A stretch of 64,000 nt of DNA from a virus: positions 32,001-96,000 of IMG/VR virus record IMGVR_UViG_3300042198_000079. One strand, 5' to 3'. Both the position numbers and the translations under genes were made by a program. The notes beneath the pieces were generated by a model that worked only from the letters and a program-made list of their open reading frames with translations, ran no database searches and was not told the DNA's origin. Shown here piece after piece: positions 46,531 through 57,386 of this stretch; the first letter of the stretch is position 1, and the number at the start of each line of letters is the position of its first letter.

Positions 46531-48969
46531 TTAACCCTGTATAGTATCGAAATCAAAATTAAAATTTGACGAAGAAACAGAATTAATCATATTTTCCATT
46601 TCGGAATTAAAGTCTGTCATTTTCATATTTCTATAATCTATAGATAGTTTACCTCCTTGACCTTTAACACTGAAACGAGATTTCACAACTCTATAATTAA
46701 TCCAAGAACCCTCTTTTGCATTTTGATCTTGCCAAAAGTTTATTTGTGCATCTGCCGTTTGCGGAATTCCTTGAGATTCCAAAGTAGCAGACATATCAGG
46801 ATCTTCTTGTTTTAAAGAATTTTTAATATCTAATTGTGTCGGAGACAATATAGGACATTCCCAAATATACGAAAGACTTCTGACGTTAGCAGCAAGATCT
46901 TTTTGATCTTTATACATGTTATAACCTTTGCTTTGATTTCCTGAATTTGGAATCATTAAAGAATGCATATCCAAAATAATAATATCTGGAACAAATCCGT
47001 CTACTCTTTTAAGCTGCTTTAAAAAAGATGAATATTGTCTAGGTGTAATTTCATTAGCAGGAAATTGTTTTATATTCAATCTTCCTTTTTCCAAAGAAGA
47101 TTTTAATGTTTCAATTTCTTTTCTCAATTCGTCGCTCTTATAATGTAAATTAGACAGTTCGATTCCGGTTATAATAGAAGAAACTCGTTTTGCCCAATTT
47201 TTTTCACTTAATTCAAATGTAGCAACTTGCACTTTTTTGTTTTGTTTTAAACAATTAGTTGCAAGGTTTGCCATTGTTAAAGAATTGTGCGTAACAATAT
47301 AGTTTGTTGTTAAATACAAATTATCTTTTGCATTTACTGTTATGCACATCGATTCTTCGTCTGCGGTTTTTTTAATAGAAATTACAAAATTATCTCCAAA
47401 TTTTTCAATTACATAATCATTCTTTAATTCTTCGTATATTTTTTTAGAAACTAATATTTCTAAATATGTTTTAGATGCAGAATACAACTTACAAGAACAT
47501 CCTAATGACCATATGATTTTTTGTATTTGTTTAAACAACCAATCATGATTCCATTTTAAATCAAATAAATTTTTATTAATACAAAAAATTAAGTTTTTTG
47601 TATTTTCTTTTAAAAAGAGATCATCTTTGGTATCTAAAATGCCCTTCAAAAGATTAATTTTATCGACTGCTGTATAGTCAATGCATTCAACAGGAACATA
47701 TTTGCTGTAAATTTTGTTATTTTCGACAAATATTTTCTTAAATTTGTCTAGATAAAAATCGTTTTTATCTTCGCTATCGGACAAAACATAATGATCCTCT
47801 TTATATTCTTTTAAATTATAAACAGTTTTATTTTCAGGAGGAAGTATTGTATTTAAATAATATTTGTCTTGAAAAATTCCGTTTATTTGAGAAACGATGT
47901 TTTTATCTTTTAAGTGAAAAACTATTTTATCGTCGAGAATAGCTCCAGATGTTAAAAAACACCCAAGAACATAAGGAGGTATTTCTGGTTTAGAATATGT
48001 AAAAATAGGAGAAGAACAAGGTATTTTTATTAAATCTTTGCTAGAATTAAACTTATGAAGAATATTCAAAGTAGTAAGGGTTTCGTAAATTTCCAAATCT
48101 TTATTCCAAACATTCCACAAATGATCTTTACATGCTTTTACTTTTCTTCCGTCCCAAAACGTAATTTCATACGTTTCAACAATTCCTTGAGGATGAACAT
48201 GTGTAATTGTGACAGGCGAACCATCCGAACCAAAAACACAATCTCCCGGTTGCAAACTTCCAAAAGCAACAATTCCTTTATATGGAGTTGGGGTTTGTGT
48301 ATATAATGGTTGTGCTTTACCTATATTGACGGTTCCGCCAAATACATAGAAAGATACGTCACTAGAACAAAACCCCCCTCCAAGTGCCTTGTCTAAGCTT
48401 GGAAATCCAGAGCTAATAAAATTATCAACTCTTTTTAATTCATCAATGTGTTTTTCTATATTTTCCAGATAAAAAAAGCCTGTATCTTCTTTTAAGGAAA
48501 TGCCGAATACTCGGTCCATTTCTTTTTGTATTTGATGTGTATCATAAACCCCATTGGATGTTTTTAATTCAATTTGTTTATCTAAAATCTTTTGAATACT
48601 TCTTTGTTTTATGTAAACTTCTAGATTTTTTAATAATTCGTCGAAATTAAAAATTTCTCCTTTTGGAATCTTTTTTAATTCTGCTAAGGTTTTAGCTAAA
48701 AACGCATCTTCGTCTTCATTGTTTAATTTTAAAACAATTTCAGAAGCAGTTGGAAAATTATCATAACTTTCATAATAACTTTTAATTATAGAAAAAATAG
48801 GACGGAAAAAAGAATTAGTCCGCCCTATCATTTCTGGAGTAAGATAATTAATCGCAACATTAGAAAATCTTTCCTTTTTTCTCAAAAGGAAATGATACAT
48901 CATTACTGTTTCAAATTTATCTAAGTTAAGTGTATTATTCGTCGTTGTCATCTGGTAATTCGAAATCAA
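46531..48969 (-). CDS. gp41: Replicative helicase gp41 (DnaB-like) with intein
   Basis: ISSGFPSLDKALGGG, GGTVNIGK|intein|SL, TFELSE, IKQFP, PDIIILD, SPTQL, ESQGIPQTADA, KSRF. Confidence 0.92.
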   Translation of the reverse strand: MISNYQMTTTNNTLNLDKFETVMMYHFLLRKKERFSNVAINYLTPEMIGRTNSFFRPIFSIIKSYYESYDNFPTASEIVLKLNNEDEDAFLAKTLAELKKIPKGEIFNFDELLKNLEVYIKQRSIQKILDKQIELKTSNGVYDTHQIQKEMDRVFGISLKEDTGFFYLENIEKHIDELKRVDNFISSGFPSLDKALGGGFCSSDVSFYVFGGTVNIGKAQPLYTQTPTPYKGIVAFGSLQPGDCVFGSDGSPVTITHVHPQGIVETYEITFWDGRKVKACKDHLWNVWNKDLEIYETLTTLNILHKFNSSKDLIKIPCSSPIFTYSKPEIPPYVLGCFLTSGAILDDKIVFHLKDKNIVSQINGIFQDKYYLNTILPPENKTVYNLKEYKEDHYVLSDSEDKNDFYLDKFKKIFVENNKIYSKYVPVECIDYTAVDKINLLKGILDTKDDLFLKENTKNLIFCINKNLFDLKWNHDWLFKQIQKIIWSLGCSCKLYSASKTYLEILVSKKIYEELKNDYVIEKFGDNFVISIKKTADEESMCITVNAKDNLYLTTNYIVTHNSLTMANLATNCLKQNKKVQVATFELSEKNWAKRVSSIITGIELSNLHYKSDELRKEIETLKSSLEKGRLNIKQFPANEITPRQYSSFLKQLKRVDGFVPDIIILDMHSLMIPNSGNQSKGYNMYKDQKDLAANVRSLSYIWECPILSPTQLDIKNSLKQEDPDMSATLESQGIPQTADAQINFWQDQNAKEGSWINYRVVKSRFSVKGQGGKLSIDYRNMKMTDFNSEMENMINSVSSSNFNFDFDTIQG
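47284..48315 (-). mobile_element. Class 3 intein (344 aa, Ala at position 1) with degenerate LAGLIDADG domain in the helicase P-loop
   Basis: AQPLYT..PTP, KDHLW, PYVLGCFLTSG, LLKGILDTKD, MCITV, VTHN followed by S. Confidence 0.9.
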
Positions 48970-50029
48970 CTTTAGTAGAGTCTACATCATAGATTCCATT
49001 TTGTCCATTGCCACCAATGGAATAATTCGAATAACACCAAGATCGAAATTCTTCATTTTCTAATAAAGAAAGCAAAACATTTTTTGGAATATTAGAAGAA
49101 GTGTAATACTTATCATTATAACCAACCCAAGTTTTTCTTCCATCCAGACCCAATTCCTTACATTTATTTTTTTCTATTTTTTTGAGGAAATTTGAATGGG
49201 TTCCCAGTTCCAGTAATCCAGAACAAGTATCAATACCTTCTTTTTCATGAATATTAATTGATACTTGTAAGTTTTGTTTTACGAAACGCGATTTGATTGC
49301 AGTTATACAAAATGTTTGTCCAACAACACTATCTCCATCTTTTAATTTTTTACTAGAAGTAAAAAGTATAGTATCGGATGCCAAATATAATTTCTTACCT
49401 CCTGCGATCACTTTTTTACTAAACATTTCTTGAGTATCATAATAGTGATTAATTAATAGACAAGGAATGCCCCGTGCCTTTAGTCTAGGGGTCATAACTC
49501 TGGCAAAAGAATTTAATTTTTTTGCTCTGGTCATATCGGTTTTGTCTTCTCCTGCCAAAAGATCATCTGCTTCTTTTTTACTAGAAGCCATACCAATAGA
49601 ATCGACAATGATTAAAACTTTATCGTCTAAAGTAGCAGGATAAATGTCATTCATCATCCCATGAGTCAAATCTTCGATACCTTCAAAAGATTTATATGCA
49701 ACATCTTCATCTTTTAATCCAAAATTCTTAAAATATTCTGGTGTTGCTCCATGTTCATTTGAATAAAACAATATAACAGGATTTTCCTTTTCGTGTTTTT
49801 TTACAAATGAACTTGCAATTTCTAAACAATATGAAGTTTTAAAAGTAGAACTGTCTCCGACAAATTGAATAATTCCCGGTCTGATTCCCCCGTTTTTAGG
49901 ATCACCTCCTAAAATAAGATTCAAAGCAGGAATTCTTGTAGGAACTGGTTCTACGTGAAGAATTTCACATTCGGATACTTTAGAGAAGCCCGGTTTTTTA
50001 AATATTGTATCTTTAAAAATTGTTGTCAT
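48935..50029 (-). CDS. uvsX: RecA-like recombinase UvsX
   Basis: PTRIPALNLILGG, GDSSTFKT, IIVDSIG.ASSKKE, DMTRAKKLNSFAR, INHYY..QEMFSKKVIAGG, KSRFVK. Confidence 0.93.
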   Translation of the reverse strand: MTTIFKDTIFKKPGFSKVSECEILHVEPVPTRIPALNLILGGDPKNGGIRPGIIQFVGDSSTFKTSYCLEIASSFVKKHEKENPVILFYSNEHGATPEYFKNFGLKDEDVAYKSFEGIEDLTHGMMNDIYPATLDDKVLIIVDSIGMASSKKEADDLLAGEDKTDMTRAKKLNSFARVMTPRLKARGIPCLLINHYYDTQEMFSKKVIAGGKKLYLASDTILFTSSKKLKDGDSVVGQTFCITAIKSRFVKQNLQVSINIHEKEGIDTCSGLLELGTHSNFLKKIEKNKCKELGLDGRKTWVGYNDKYYTSSNIPKNVLLSLLENEEFRSWCYSNYSIGGNGQNGIYDVDSTKVDFELPDDNDE

Positions 50030-50032
50030 AAT

Positions 50033-50428
50033 TTATTCAAATAATCTAGGAATAGTAATTTCTTCAGATTGTGTGTTGGAAACTAAATTAGAAGGAGGAA
50101 CTTCTATCAATCCACAACGAAGCAAATACACTTGTTTAAAAGTGTGATTTTCTGAAGTAACTTCCTTGTCTAAATCAAATGGTAAATCGGAATGTAATAA
50201 ATTTGATTTATTAAATGAAAACGGTTCATTTTCCTTTTTCATAAATTCTGTAAAAACAACAGGAAAAGGTTCATAAAACAATGATTGATTGTTTGGACCA
50301 GTTCTCAAAATAATTTTATGTAAATGTGTCAAAGAAACATTGTTTTTTGTTTCGGAATCTAAAATCCCAATAAAAACGGTTCCTTCGTTTGTTACTACCA
50401 CTCTAACGTCATGTTCGGTCTTATCCAT
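50033..50428 (-). CDS. Hypothetical protein, possible Sm-like beta fold
   Basis: Alternating beta pattern in the N-terminal half. Confidence 0.55.
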   Translation of the reverse strand: MDKTEHDVRVVVTNEGTVFIGILDSETKNNVSLTHLHKIILRTGPNNQSLFYEPFPVVFTEFMKKENEPFSFNKSNLLHSDLPFDLDKEVTSENHTFKQVYLLRCGLIEVPPSNLVSNTQSEEITIPRLFE

Positions 50429-50460
50429 ATATCTTATTATACACTACTTTAAAATCGATA

Positions 50461-52923
50461 TCAAGCACATGAAGCAAATTCTTTAAACAAATCTACTTCA
50501 CCGTATGTTTGAAAATTAGGAAATCTCCAATTCAAAACTTCAAATGAAGTCTTTAATCCTGAATAGATTGTTCTTTCCCACATTCCGTAATAGTCAGGAA
50601 TCAATCCAAAGTCATAAGGAAATTCGGTTTTATATGCTATTCTTTCTATTCCATAAGAATTTTGCATAACACTCATAACTTTAATATCATCGCCATCAGT
50701 AATAATTGGATATTTTTTAATATTGTATAATTCTATCAATTCATTATACTTCAAAGAAGCCTTTATATGAAAGGGAACTCCTTTTTTCACATTTTTATAC
50801 TTCTTTATATTTTTACAAGATATTCTTGTTGCCAGATTATCTATTGGCGTTTCTGAAAATTTTTCCCAATGTTCAGAAAGAACATCACAAACTTCAGATT
50901 CGCTAAAACCATTCAATATACAATTTTCAAAAACATCTCTTAGTATTCCTTTTGCTTCTTTAGAAATCGTCGATTTTCTTACAGAAACTCCTCTGTATTT
51001 GTATTCTAGTTTATTCTTTCCTTCAGAACAACGAACACGCATAACATAGTTTTTCTTTTTTAAGAAAAGAGAATAATCACTGGCAACTTCCCATCCAAAT
51101 TTACAACGAGGATCAATGGAATTATATTCATTTTTACAAAATATTTCTACTTTTTTGTTTAAAATTTTGGTCAAAGAATTTAAAACTTTAATTCCGTCAT
51201 TAGTAAGACCATCAGAATCAAAATAATCTAATGTGAGAACTTTAACCATTAAAGAATCAGTATCTGAAGCAACCACGCACGATTCATCATTAAAAATATC
51301 TTCCATTACAGTTGCAGACTTTTTGATCAAATTTTGACCAGTGGAAGTTACGCTTTCTGCACATTCTACATCATACATACAGAAATATTTGCATCCACAT
51401 GCTCCATATACAGAATTAATCAAAATCTTAATTGCATATTGTTCGCTATCCAAAATCTTTTTCTTATCTGGATCTTCGGTAGTTTCTATCAATTTTTTGA
51501 TACGAACACGTTCAGAATATGTTTTGTCCAAATATTCTGGAATGATTCCTTTAAAAGATTGATCGAAAATTATTCCACAAGAAGAAAGAGAATATTTATT
51601 GGATTTTAAATAAGCATCAAAACCATCTAAAGGCATTATTTTTTCTTTATCGAGTATAGAAAATTTAACTTGTCCATCTGTTTTTTTAATAACTTTTCCA
51701 ATTTTAGTTTCGGGGGAAATATTCAAAGTTATCATTGTATTTGGATACAATGAATTAACGTCAAAAACGACAATTCCGGTATGAATGCCCGGAATTGGTT
51801 CTTTAACAAACCCCCCTTCAAAATCTACAGAAGAGTCGTCGTATATATTAGAAGGAATAATTCTTTTCTTTTCCCATGCGGATTTGGCAAGACATCCTTC
51901 GATGATTCTAACTTTACCCAAAGCAGAATTCAATGTGGTAAATCCCTGCGTAACCGTATTTCTTGCAATTTGCAAAAACGATTTTTTTTCATCTAGATCT
52001 ACCATCAATCTAACGTCTTGAATATTGTATTCTACAAATTTTCTCCAATCGTTATTGGAAAGAGAATAAAGCGAACCTTCATATTTTATTTTGCCTTCCA
52101 AACCAGAATAAGTGGAAACATATTCCAATGAATAACTTTCTAATTTAGAAGGATGCATGTATTCAAACAACAATTTATAATCAACATGGGATATTCCCGG
52201 AATATCCCATTTATCGTATTGCGTTTGACGTTTTCTATTTAACTTTTTAGTAGAATAGATTTTTCTAATGGGAGACAGAGATTCTGGAGGGATTTTCAAT
52301 CTTTTCAATCGATTGACAATATATGGAATATCGAATTCTTCTCCGTTCCATGTTACCAAAATATCAGGAAGGGAAGAAATTCTATATGCAAAATTTTCTA
52401 ATAGTTCTTTTTCAGTTTTAAAGTAATAATATATATTTCTGTCATCAATCGGATCACATTTTTTTATTCCCCAAGTATAGGTGATATTGTCAATTGAATC
52501 ATGACAAGAAATCACATTTATCGGAAATTTGGAATCTTCTGGTTGAGGAAATCCATCATTTTCTGGATCTACATCGACTTCAATGTCCAAATACCATATT
52601 CTCATTTTAAATGAGGAATCCAACCCTTTGTCTTTATATTTTAAGAAAAGATATTGTTGGTCACAAGGTAAATTAAAATAAACTTTGCCGTAATTGTCTT
52701 TGGCAAAAGTATTACGTTCATATGAATTAGAAAACCTTTTTAAGACTAAAGGTTCATCATAGATGGATCTTGCGTCTTCTACATTGTCGTGTATAGATTT
52801 TTGAGTGTATAAAAACGGCTTGTAATTAATTATCGAATGATTTCTGGTGCCACTGTCGTCATAAATCCATTCATGAATATTTGATGTTTTTGAATCAAAA
52901 TAAACATTAGACAATTTTATCAT
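50461..52923 (-). CDS. gp43: Family B DNA polymerase gp43
   Basis: LDIEV, TWNGEEFDIPY, YNIQDV, FDVNSLYP, KILINSVYG, SDTDS, KKNY. Confidence 0.96.
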   Translation of the reverse strand: MIKLSNVYFDSKTSNIHEWIYDDSGTRNHSIINYKPFLYTQKSIHDNVEDARSIYDEPLVLKRFSNSYERNTFAKDNYGKVYFNLPCDQQYLFLKYKDKGLDSSFKMRIWYLDIEVDVDPENDGFPQPEDSKFPINVISCHDSIDNITYTWGIKKCDPIDDRNIYYYFKTEKELLENFAYRISSLPDILVTWNGEEFDIPYIVNRLKRLKIPPESLSPIRKIYSTKKLNRKRQTQYDKWDIPGISHVDYKLLFEYMHPSKLESYSLEYVSTYSGLEGKIKYEGSLYSLSNNDWRKFVEYNIQDVRLMVDLDEKKSFLQIARNTVTQGFTTLNSALGKVRIIEGCLAKSAWEKKRIIPSNIYDDSSVDFEGGFVKEPIPGIHTGIVVFDVNSLYPNTMITLNISPETKIGKVIKKTDGQVKFSILDKEKIMPLDGFDAYLKSNKYSLSSCGIIFDQSFKGIIPEYLDKTYSERVRIKKLIETTEDPDKKKILDSEQYAIKILINSVYGACGCKYFCMYDVECAESVTSTGQNLIKKSATVMEDIFNDESCVVASDTDSLMVKVLTLDYFDSDGLTNDGIKVLNSLTKILNKKVEIFCKNEYNSIDPRCKFGWEVASDYSLFLKKKNYVMRVRCSEGKNKLEYKYRGVSVRKSTISKEAKGILRDVFENCILNGFSESEVCDVLSEHWEKFSETPIDNLATRISCKNIKKYKNVKKGVPFHIKASLKYNELIELYNIKKYPIITDGDDIKVMSVMQNSYGIERIAYKTEFPYDFGLIPDYYGMWERTIYSGLKTSFEVLNWRFPNFQTYGEVDLFKEFASCA

Positions 52924-53216
52924 TTTTTATTCGTGTTAGATATGCTAGATTTTAACAGAAGTCCTTCTTGGTAATTTCTTATTTCGATAAAGGACTCGTT
53001 GAGAAGTTCTGTTAACTTATTTGTAATCTTAGAATCTATACCATCGATCTTTATCTCCTTCAACACACATTCTCCAGAAATCTTAAAAAAAACTTCGTCT
53101 CTTTCCTTTTCTATGTAAAAATTTCTTAAAGCTTTGCCTAATTTTTCAAATTCTTCTTCCCACGAAGAACTAGAATCGTATAATTCTTCAATAACATTTT
53201 TTTCGTCCGATGCCAT
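52920..53216 (-). CDS. Small early protein, possibly a divergent YbaB/EbfC nucleoid protein
   Basis: Helix, then VFFKISGECVLKEIKID, then helix LTELLNES; matches the YbaB layout. Confidence 0.4.
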   Translation of the reverse strand: MASDEKNVIEELYDSSSSWEEEFEKLGKALRNFYIEKERDEVFFKISGECVLKEIKIDGIDSKITNKLTELLNESFIEIRNYQEGLLLKSSISNTNKK

Positions 53217-53249
53217 ACTTTTGTATCTTATAGATTTTTTAGTTCTTTG

Positions 53250-54506
53250 TCAATCTGGAAATTGTTCTTTGTTCAAATTATAAATTAATTTTGATTCTTT
53301 TCTGGATTTGTCGCCATATGGAGTCAGAAACAATTTTAAATAATCGTCCATGTGATCTTGTATAAATAATCCCTCTGCTCTTTGTCTGGATTGTTTAGAA
53401 ATTTCACTATAATTTCCATTTAATACTTCGTCTATTTTAGAAATCATTTCCTCTCCACTTTGAAATTTATATCTAGCATCAGCATACGGAGGACATTCTT
53501 GAGCAACACATGGCAACCCCTGAACCCAAGAATCCAAAAGTTTTTGCCAACTTTTAGAATGTGAAAAATAATTTGCTATTAAAGGAGCAATAGTGCATTG
53601 CACATTTAAACTTTTAAGTTTTTCAGGAAAATCCATAATGTTTACCCATTCGTGAAATTCAATTTGTCCAGAATCTACATATTTTTTAAGATATACTGGA
53701 CAACCACCAAATAAAACCCATTGATATTTATCTAATGTCTCTATTATGGATTTTCCTACGTGTATAAAATCATCATACAAGTCTTCTTGTTTCTCGACCT
53801 TTCCTGTAATTTTAAAATGAGTTGGGCTACCGTTCCAACAAACTCTTGGTTTCTTTTTATTTTTTTCAAAATTTCTTAAAACATTTTCTTCATTATAATG
53901 ATTTCCTGCCCATCTTTTTGAAATCAAGTTTGGAAATGTTGTAATTTTATTATAACCTAATGTATTTCTGTATGTCTCCTTCATAAAAGAAGAACAAACT
54001 ATAAATTCATCGCATAAGTTTATAATTTCTTTGACTCTAGAATCGTGGTTCGGATCTTTGAAATTTTCTTTTGCAGCATTGTAATCCGGTATACCATGGT
54101 GATATTTTCCGTCGAGTCCTTTAACACTTAACAAAAAGAGATCATCGACTTCAAATATTAATTTAAATGCTGTTCCTTTTTCTGCTAAAATTGATTGTTG
54201 TAAGTTTTTAAGGTTTTTGAAATATTCCAATTGGTGTTGTTCGCCCTGCCTTTGTATAATAACAGCATTAGAATTAGTAAAAGTTTCTTTTGAAAAAATC
54301 ATCATATGGCTTGTGTTTACAATGCCCTTTCCGTGATAGCTAAGGTGCATTAGTGGTTCCATTAGCCTGATATAAGAACACCCGCTAGAATCCGCCAAAA
54401 AGGACGTTATAACGGGAATTTGATTGATGATTGGGGAACGGGGAGAATTTTGATTTTCTAAATTTACATTAGTATTTTTAAATTCTCTCTTAAACTGTAA
54501 TGCCAT
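53250..54506 (-). CDS. Glycosyltransferase (GT-B fold, GT4-like)
   Basis: ADSSGCSYIRL..P, IIQRQ, FEVDD, FPN, W.GS.TH, APL..NYF...KS..K.LD. Confidence 0.82.
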   Translation of the reverse strand: MALQFKREFKNTNVNLENQNSPRSPIINQIPVITSFLADSSGCSYIRLMEPLMHLSYHGKGIVNTSHMMIFSKETFTNSNAVIIQRQGEQHQLEYFKNLKNLQQSILAEKGTAFKLIFEVDDLFLLSVKGLDGKYHHGIPDYNAAKENFKDPNHDSRVKEIINLCDEFIVCSSFMKETYRNTLGYNKITTFPNLISKRWAGNHYNEENVLRNFEKNKKKPRVCWNGSPTHFKITGKVEKQEDLYDDFIHVGKSIIETLDKYQWVLFGGCPVYLKKYVDSGQIEFHEWVNIMDFPEKLKSLNVQCTIAPLIANYFSHSKSWQKLLDSWVQGLPCVAQECPPYADARYKFQSGEEMISKIDEVLNGNYSEISKQSRQRAEGLFIQDHMDDYLKLFLTPYGDKSRKESKLIYNLNKEQFPD

Positions 54507-54546
54507 ATAAATAGATATATTTTTATCTATTCGACATCAAATAACA

Positions 54547-56235
54547 TTATGCATTCACCAAAACGGTTTCTCTATCTATTTTTTCTAAATGTATAATCTT
54601 ATCAAAAGAAAACGAAACTGATTCTCTGTGAGTTATAAAAAATACACAATGATTATTTTCGATTGCTCTTTCTCTTAATAACTCTAATATAGAAACTATA
54701 CCAACTTCATCTATAGATGAATCTAAAAGTTCATCACAAACAAATAAATTACAATCAAATCCAGTCACTATTTTTTTAATGTCTTGCAGTGCTAAAAGAA
54801 TTGATACGTCTATTCTTTTTGCTTCGCCTCCAGATAAACTCCCATACGATATTTCTTTTTCTTTTTGAAAAATAACAACATCGAAATTGTTTTCTACTTT
54901 TATTGAATAAGGAAAATTAAAAACATTTGCATAATTAGCTAGAATATAATTAAACTTATCTAATATTTTGGGAATTATTATAGACTTTATACCTTTATCT
55001 CCTAAAAGCTGAATAGCATTTAATTGAATATCCATTTGAAATAATTTTTCGTCTAAAAGAGTAGATAAATTTTTTATTTCTTCGTCATATTTTGAAATTT
55101 CTAAAATCAAACTATTATTGTCTAATTTTTGGTTTAATTTTATATTAATTTCTTTTATTTTCTCATATAATGGATCTAGTCCATTTTTCATTTGTTCAAC
55201 TATATTGTTATTTTCTAATATAGATTTTTTTAAATCGTTTTCTATATAAATGATTTGTATATGTCGATCTTCCCTTTTAGATATTTTGTTTATTAAGTTT
55301 TTTATTTTTTCTTCATATTCTACTTTGTGCGTCATATCTGCACTGTTCCAACTTTGTTTACAGGTTGGACATATGTTTGGAGTTTTATAAACATTAGAAG
55401 ATTTAAGAAGTTCTAATTCTTTTTTTAAACCTATTAACTGATTAGAAATTTTTTGTTTTACTTCTTCTAATTGTTTTAGATTACTGGTATTTTCTTTTAT
55501 TATATCTAAACTTTTTTCTAAAATAGATGTATCGTATTTTGATATTTTTAATTCGATATTTTTTTTATCTTTGTTTAATTGTTCTATCAATATAGAAAAT
55601 TTTTCTTCTTCGTTTTTCAATACATCTTCTAATCTTTTTTTACCGTTCTTTTTTTCTTGTAAAGATGAATAATCAATATCTATTTCTTTTTGTAATTTGT
55701 TTTTATCTAATCTTGCTGCTTCCAGCATGTCTCTTAAAACAGTTAAATCAAAAATAGATTCTAAAAATTTTTGTCTATTTATTGGCGTTTCTGATAAAAA
55801 ACTATTTGTTTTTGTGTCGAGAAATATAGAATTTCTTGCAAATTTTTCATTACAATGAATTATTTGGCATATTTCTTTATTAGTTTCGTCTACAGATTTA
55901 GTTATATCTTGACCATTTTTAATAAAAGTAATTGACGTGGGTATTCTTCTAGTCAGTTCATATTCGTCTTCCCCTATAGAAAAATATAGTTTTACACAAG
56001 TAGATCCGCCTTTTCTATTTCTAATTTCTGATTGTTTTATTCTTCGGAATGCCTCTCCGAATAAAACCCAAAAAATACTATCTAAAATTAAAGCAGATTT
56101 ACCTACTCCATTTCTGGAATTTTTATCTTTATTAAATCCTTGAACAAGTGTTAATCCAGAATTGTAATTTAATTCTATCTGACTTGTAATTGACAAGAAA
56201 TTTGAAACTATGATTTTTTTGAACTTTACAAACAC
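54547..56235 (-). CDS. gp46: Recombination nuclease ATPase subunit gp46 (Rad50/SbcC-like)
   Basis: NFLS, NGVGKS, CPTC zinc hook, LSGGEAKRID, CDELLDSSID, ITH. Confidence 0.94.
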   Translation of the reverse strand: MFVKFKKIIVSNFLSITSQIELNYNSGLTLVQGFNKDKNSRNGVGKSALILDSIFWVLFGEAFRRIKQSEIRNRKGGSTCVKLYFSIGEDEYELTRRIPTSITFIKNGQDITKSVDETNKEICQIIHCNEKFARNSIFLDTKTNSFLSETPINRQKFLESIFDLTVLRDMLEAARLDKNKLQKEIDIDYSSLQEKKNGKKRLEDVLKNEEEKFSILIEQLNKDKKNIELKISKYDTSILEKSLDIIKENTSNLKQLEEVKQKISNQLIGLKKELELLKSSNVYKTPNICPTCKQSWNSADMTHKVEYEEKIKNLINKISKREDRHIQIIYIENDLKKSILENNNIVEQMKNGLDPLYEKIKEINIKLNQKLDNNSLILEISKYDEEIKNLSTLLDEKLFQMDIQLNAIQLLGDKGIKSIIIPKILDKFNYILANYANVFNFPYSIKVENNFDVVIFQKEKEISYGSLSGGEAKRIDVSILLALQDIKKIVTGFDCNLFVCDELLDSSIDEVGIVSILELLRERAIENNHCVFFITHRESVSFSFDKIIHLEKIDRETVLVNA

Positions 56236-56265
56236 TATAAAATCTATATTAAATTAGTTACATTT

Positions 56266-56901
56266 TCAAGAAACAAGATCGTTTATTTTGTTTCTATATT
56301 TTTTTATAAAATTTTCGTCTATTATTGTATTTTCTTCAACGAAATTTTCTGCTATTCTTTCGTATTGTAAATGAAAAAAATCTTCAGGTGAAGAAAAAAA
56401 TTCTATGTAAGATTGATTTTCGTTTAACCACCATTTTTGGTCATCGATACTAAAACATTCCTTTATTAATTTACAAAGATCCTTTGTATTGTTATACAAA
56501 TCATTCGCATAAGATTCATAGATTATGTTGTGTTTAGATTTGTTAAAATATAAATCTTTATGGTCTTTGTATTGATAACTCGTAACACAAACATTGTAAT
56601 CGTTTATTTCTTTATTTTGTTTTTTTAACAAATTGTAGATTATCGGGGTTGGATCTTCTCGATAACAATAAAATATATTTTTTCTATTAATATAGACATT
56701 GGTCAGATCATTTGTATACATTCCCCAAAAATTTTCTTTAGAACTTTCTTGAAAATAACTTTTGGGATATGCTGTAGTTTGTAAAAATATTTCAATACAA
56801 CAAGAAACTAAATCTAGTCCAGAAAAAGGAAAACCAATCAAGACCGGATAATCTTGATTGGTCATAAAAGACGTATAAAAGCTTTTATTGTAGTCTTCCA
56901 T
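56266..56901 (-). CDS. Degenerate sulfotransferase-like protein
   Basis: DYPVLIGFPFSG (compare S[FY]PR[ST]G), IFYCYREDP (compare Y.YR.P.D), IIYE; key basic residue missing. Confidence 0.45.
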   Translation of the reverse strand: MEDYNKSFYTSFMTNQDYPVLIGFPFSGLDLVSCCIEIFLQTTAYPKSYFQESSKENFWGMYTNDLTNVYINRKNIFYCYREDPTPIIYNLLKKQNKEINDYNVCVTSYQYKDHKDLYFNKSKHNIIYESYANDLYNNTKDLCKLIKECFSIDDQKWWLNENQSYIEFFSSPEDFFHLQYERIAENFVEENTIIDENFIKKYRNKINDLVS

Positions 56902-57386
56902 TACGAACCACTGCTTCCTAAACCACCTCTTGATTTTTTCTGAGGAATTTCGCTTTCAACCAATACAATTTCTGGAATAGGCATAATTATAATTTGTGCT
57001 ATCCTATCTCCCTTTTTGTATATTTTATCATAAATAGCACTATCTTCTTCTCCATTAATATGATTAGATAATAATACATATGAAGGACTCATATATAATC
57101 TATAATTAAGAATAATTTCGTCAGTATAGCCATGATCAATAACGGCAACAGAGTTGACTAAACTCAAACATTTATTTTTAATAGACGATCTTGGGAAAAC
57201 ATATCCTACATAATTTTTTGGAATATTTATTCCTATCCCGGTTTCGTAACTTATAATACACGTATTATTCGTTTCTCTTTTTATATCACCTTCTTCCAAA
57301 GCATATATATCAAATGCGGCATCATATTGATTGGCTTTTGTTGGAATTTTTGCATCCACATGATGTTTGTATAATTCAATATTCAT
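56901..57386 (-). CDS. dut: Trimeric dUTPase
   Basis: AAFDI, TGI, PRSS, VIDHGY, GDRIAQ, RGGLGSSG. Confidence 0.95.
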   Translation of the reverse strand: MNIELYKHHVDAKIPTKANQYDAAFDIYALEEGDIKRETNNTCIISYETGIGINIPKNYVGYVFPRSSIKNKCLSLVNSVAVIDHGYTDEIILNYRLYMSPSYVLLSNHINGEEDSAIYDKIYKKGDRIAQIIIMPIPEIVLVESEIPQKKSRGGLGSSGS

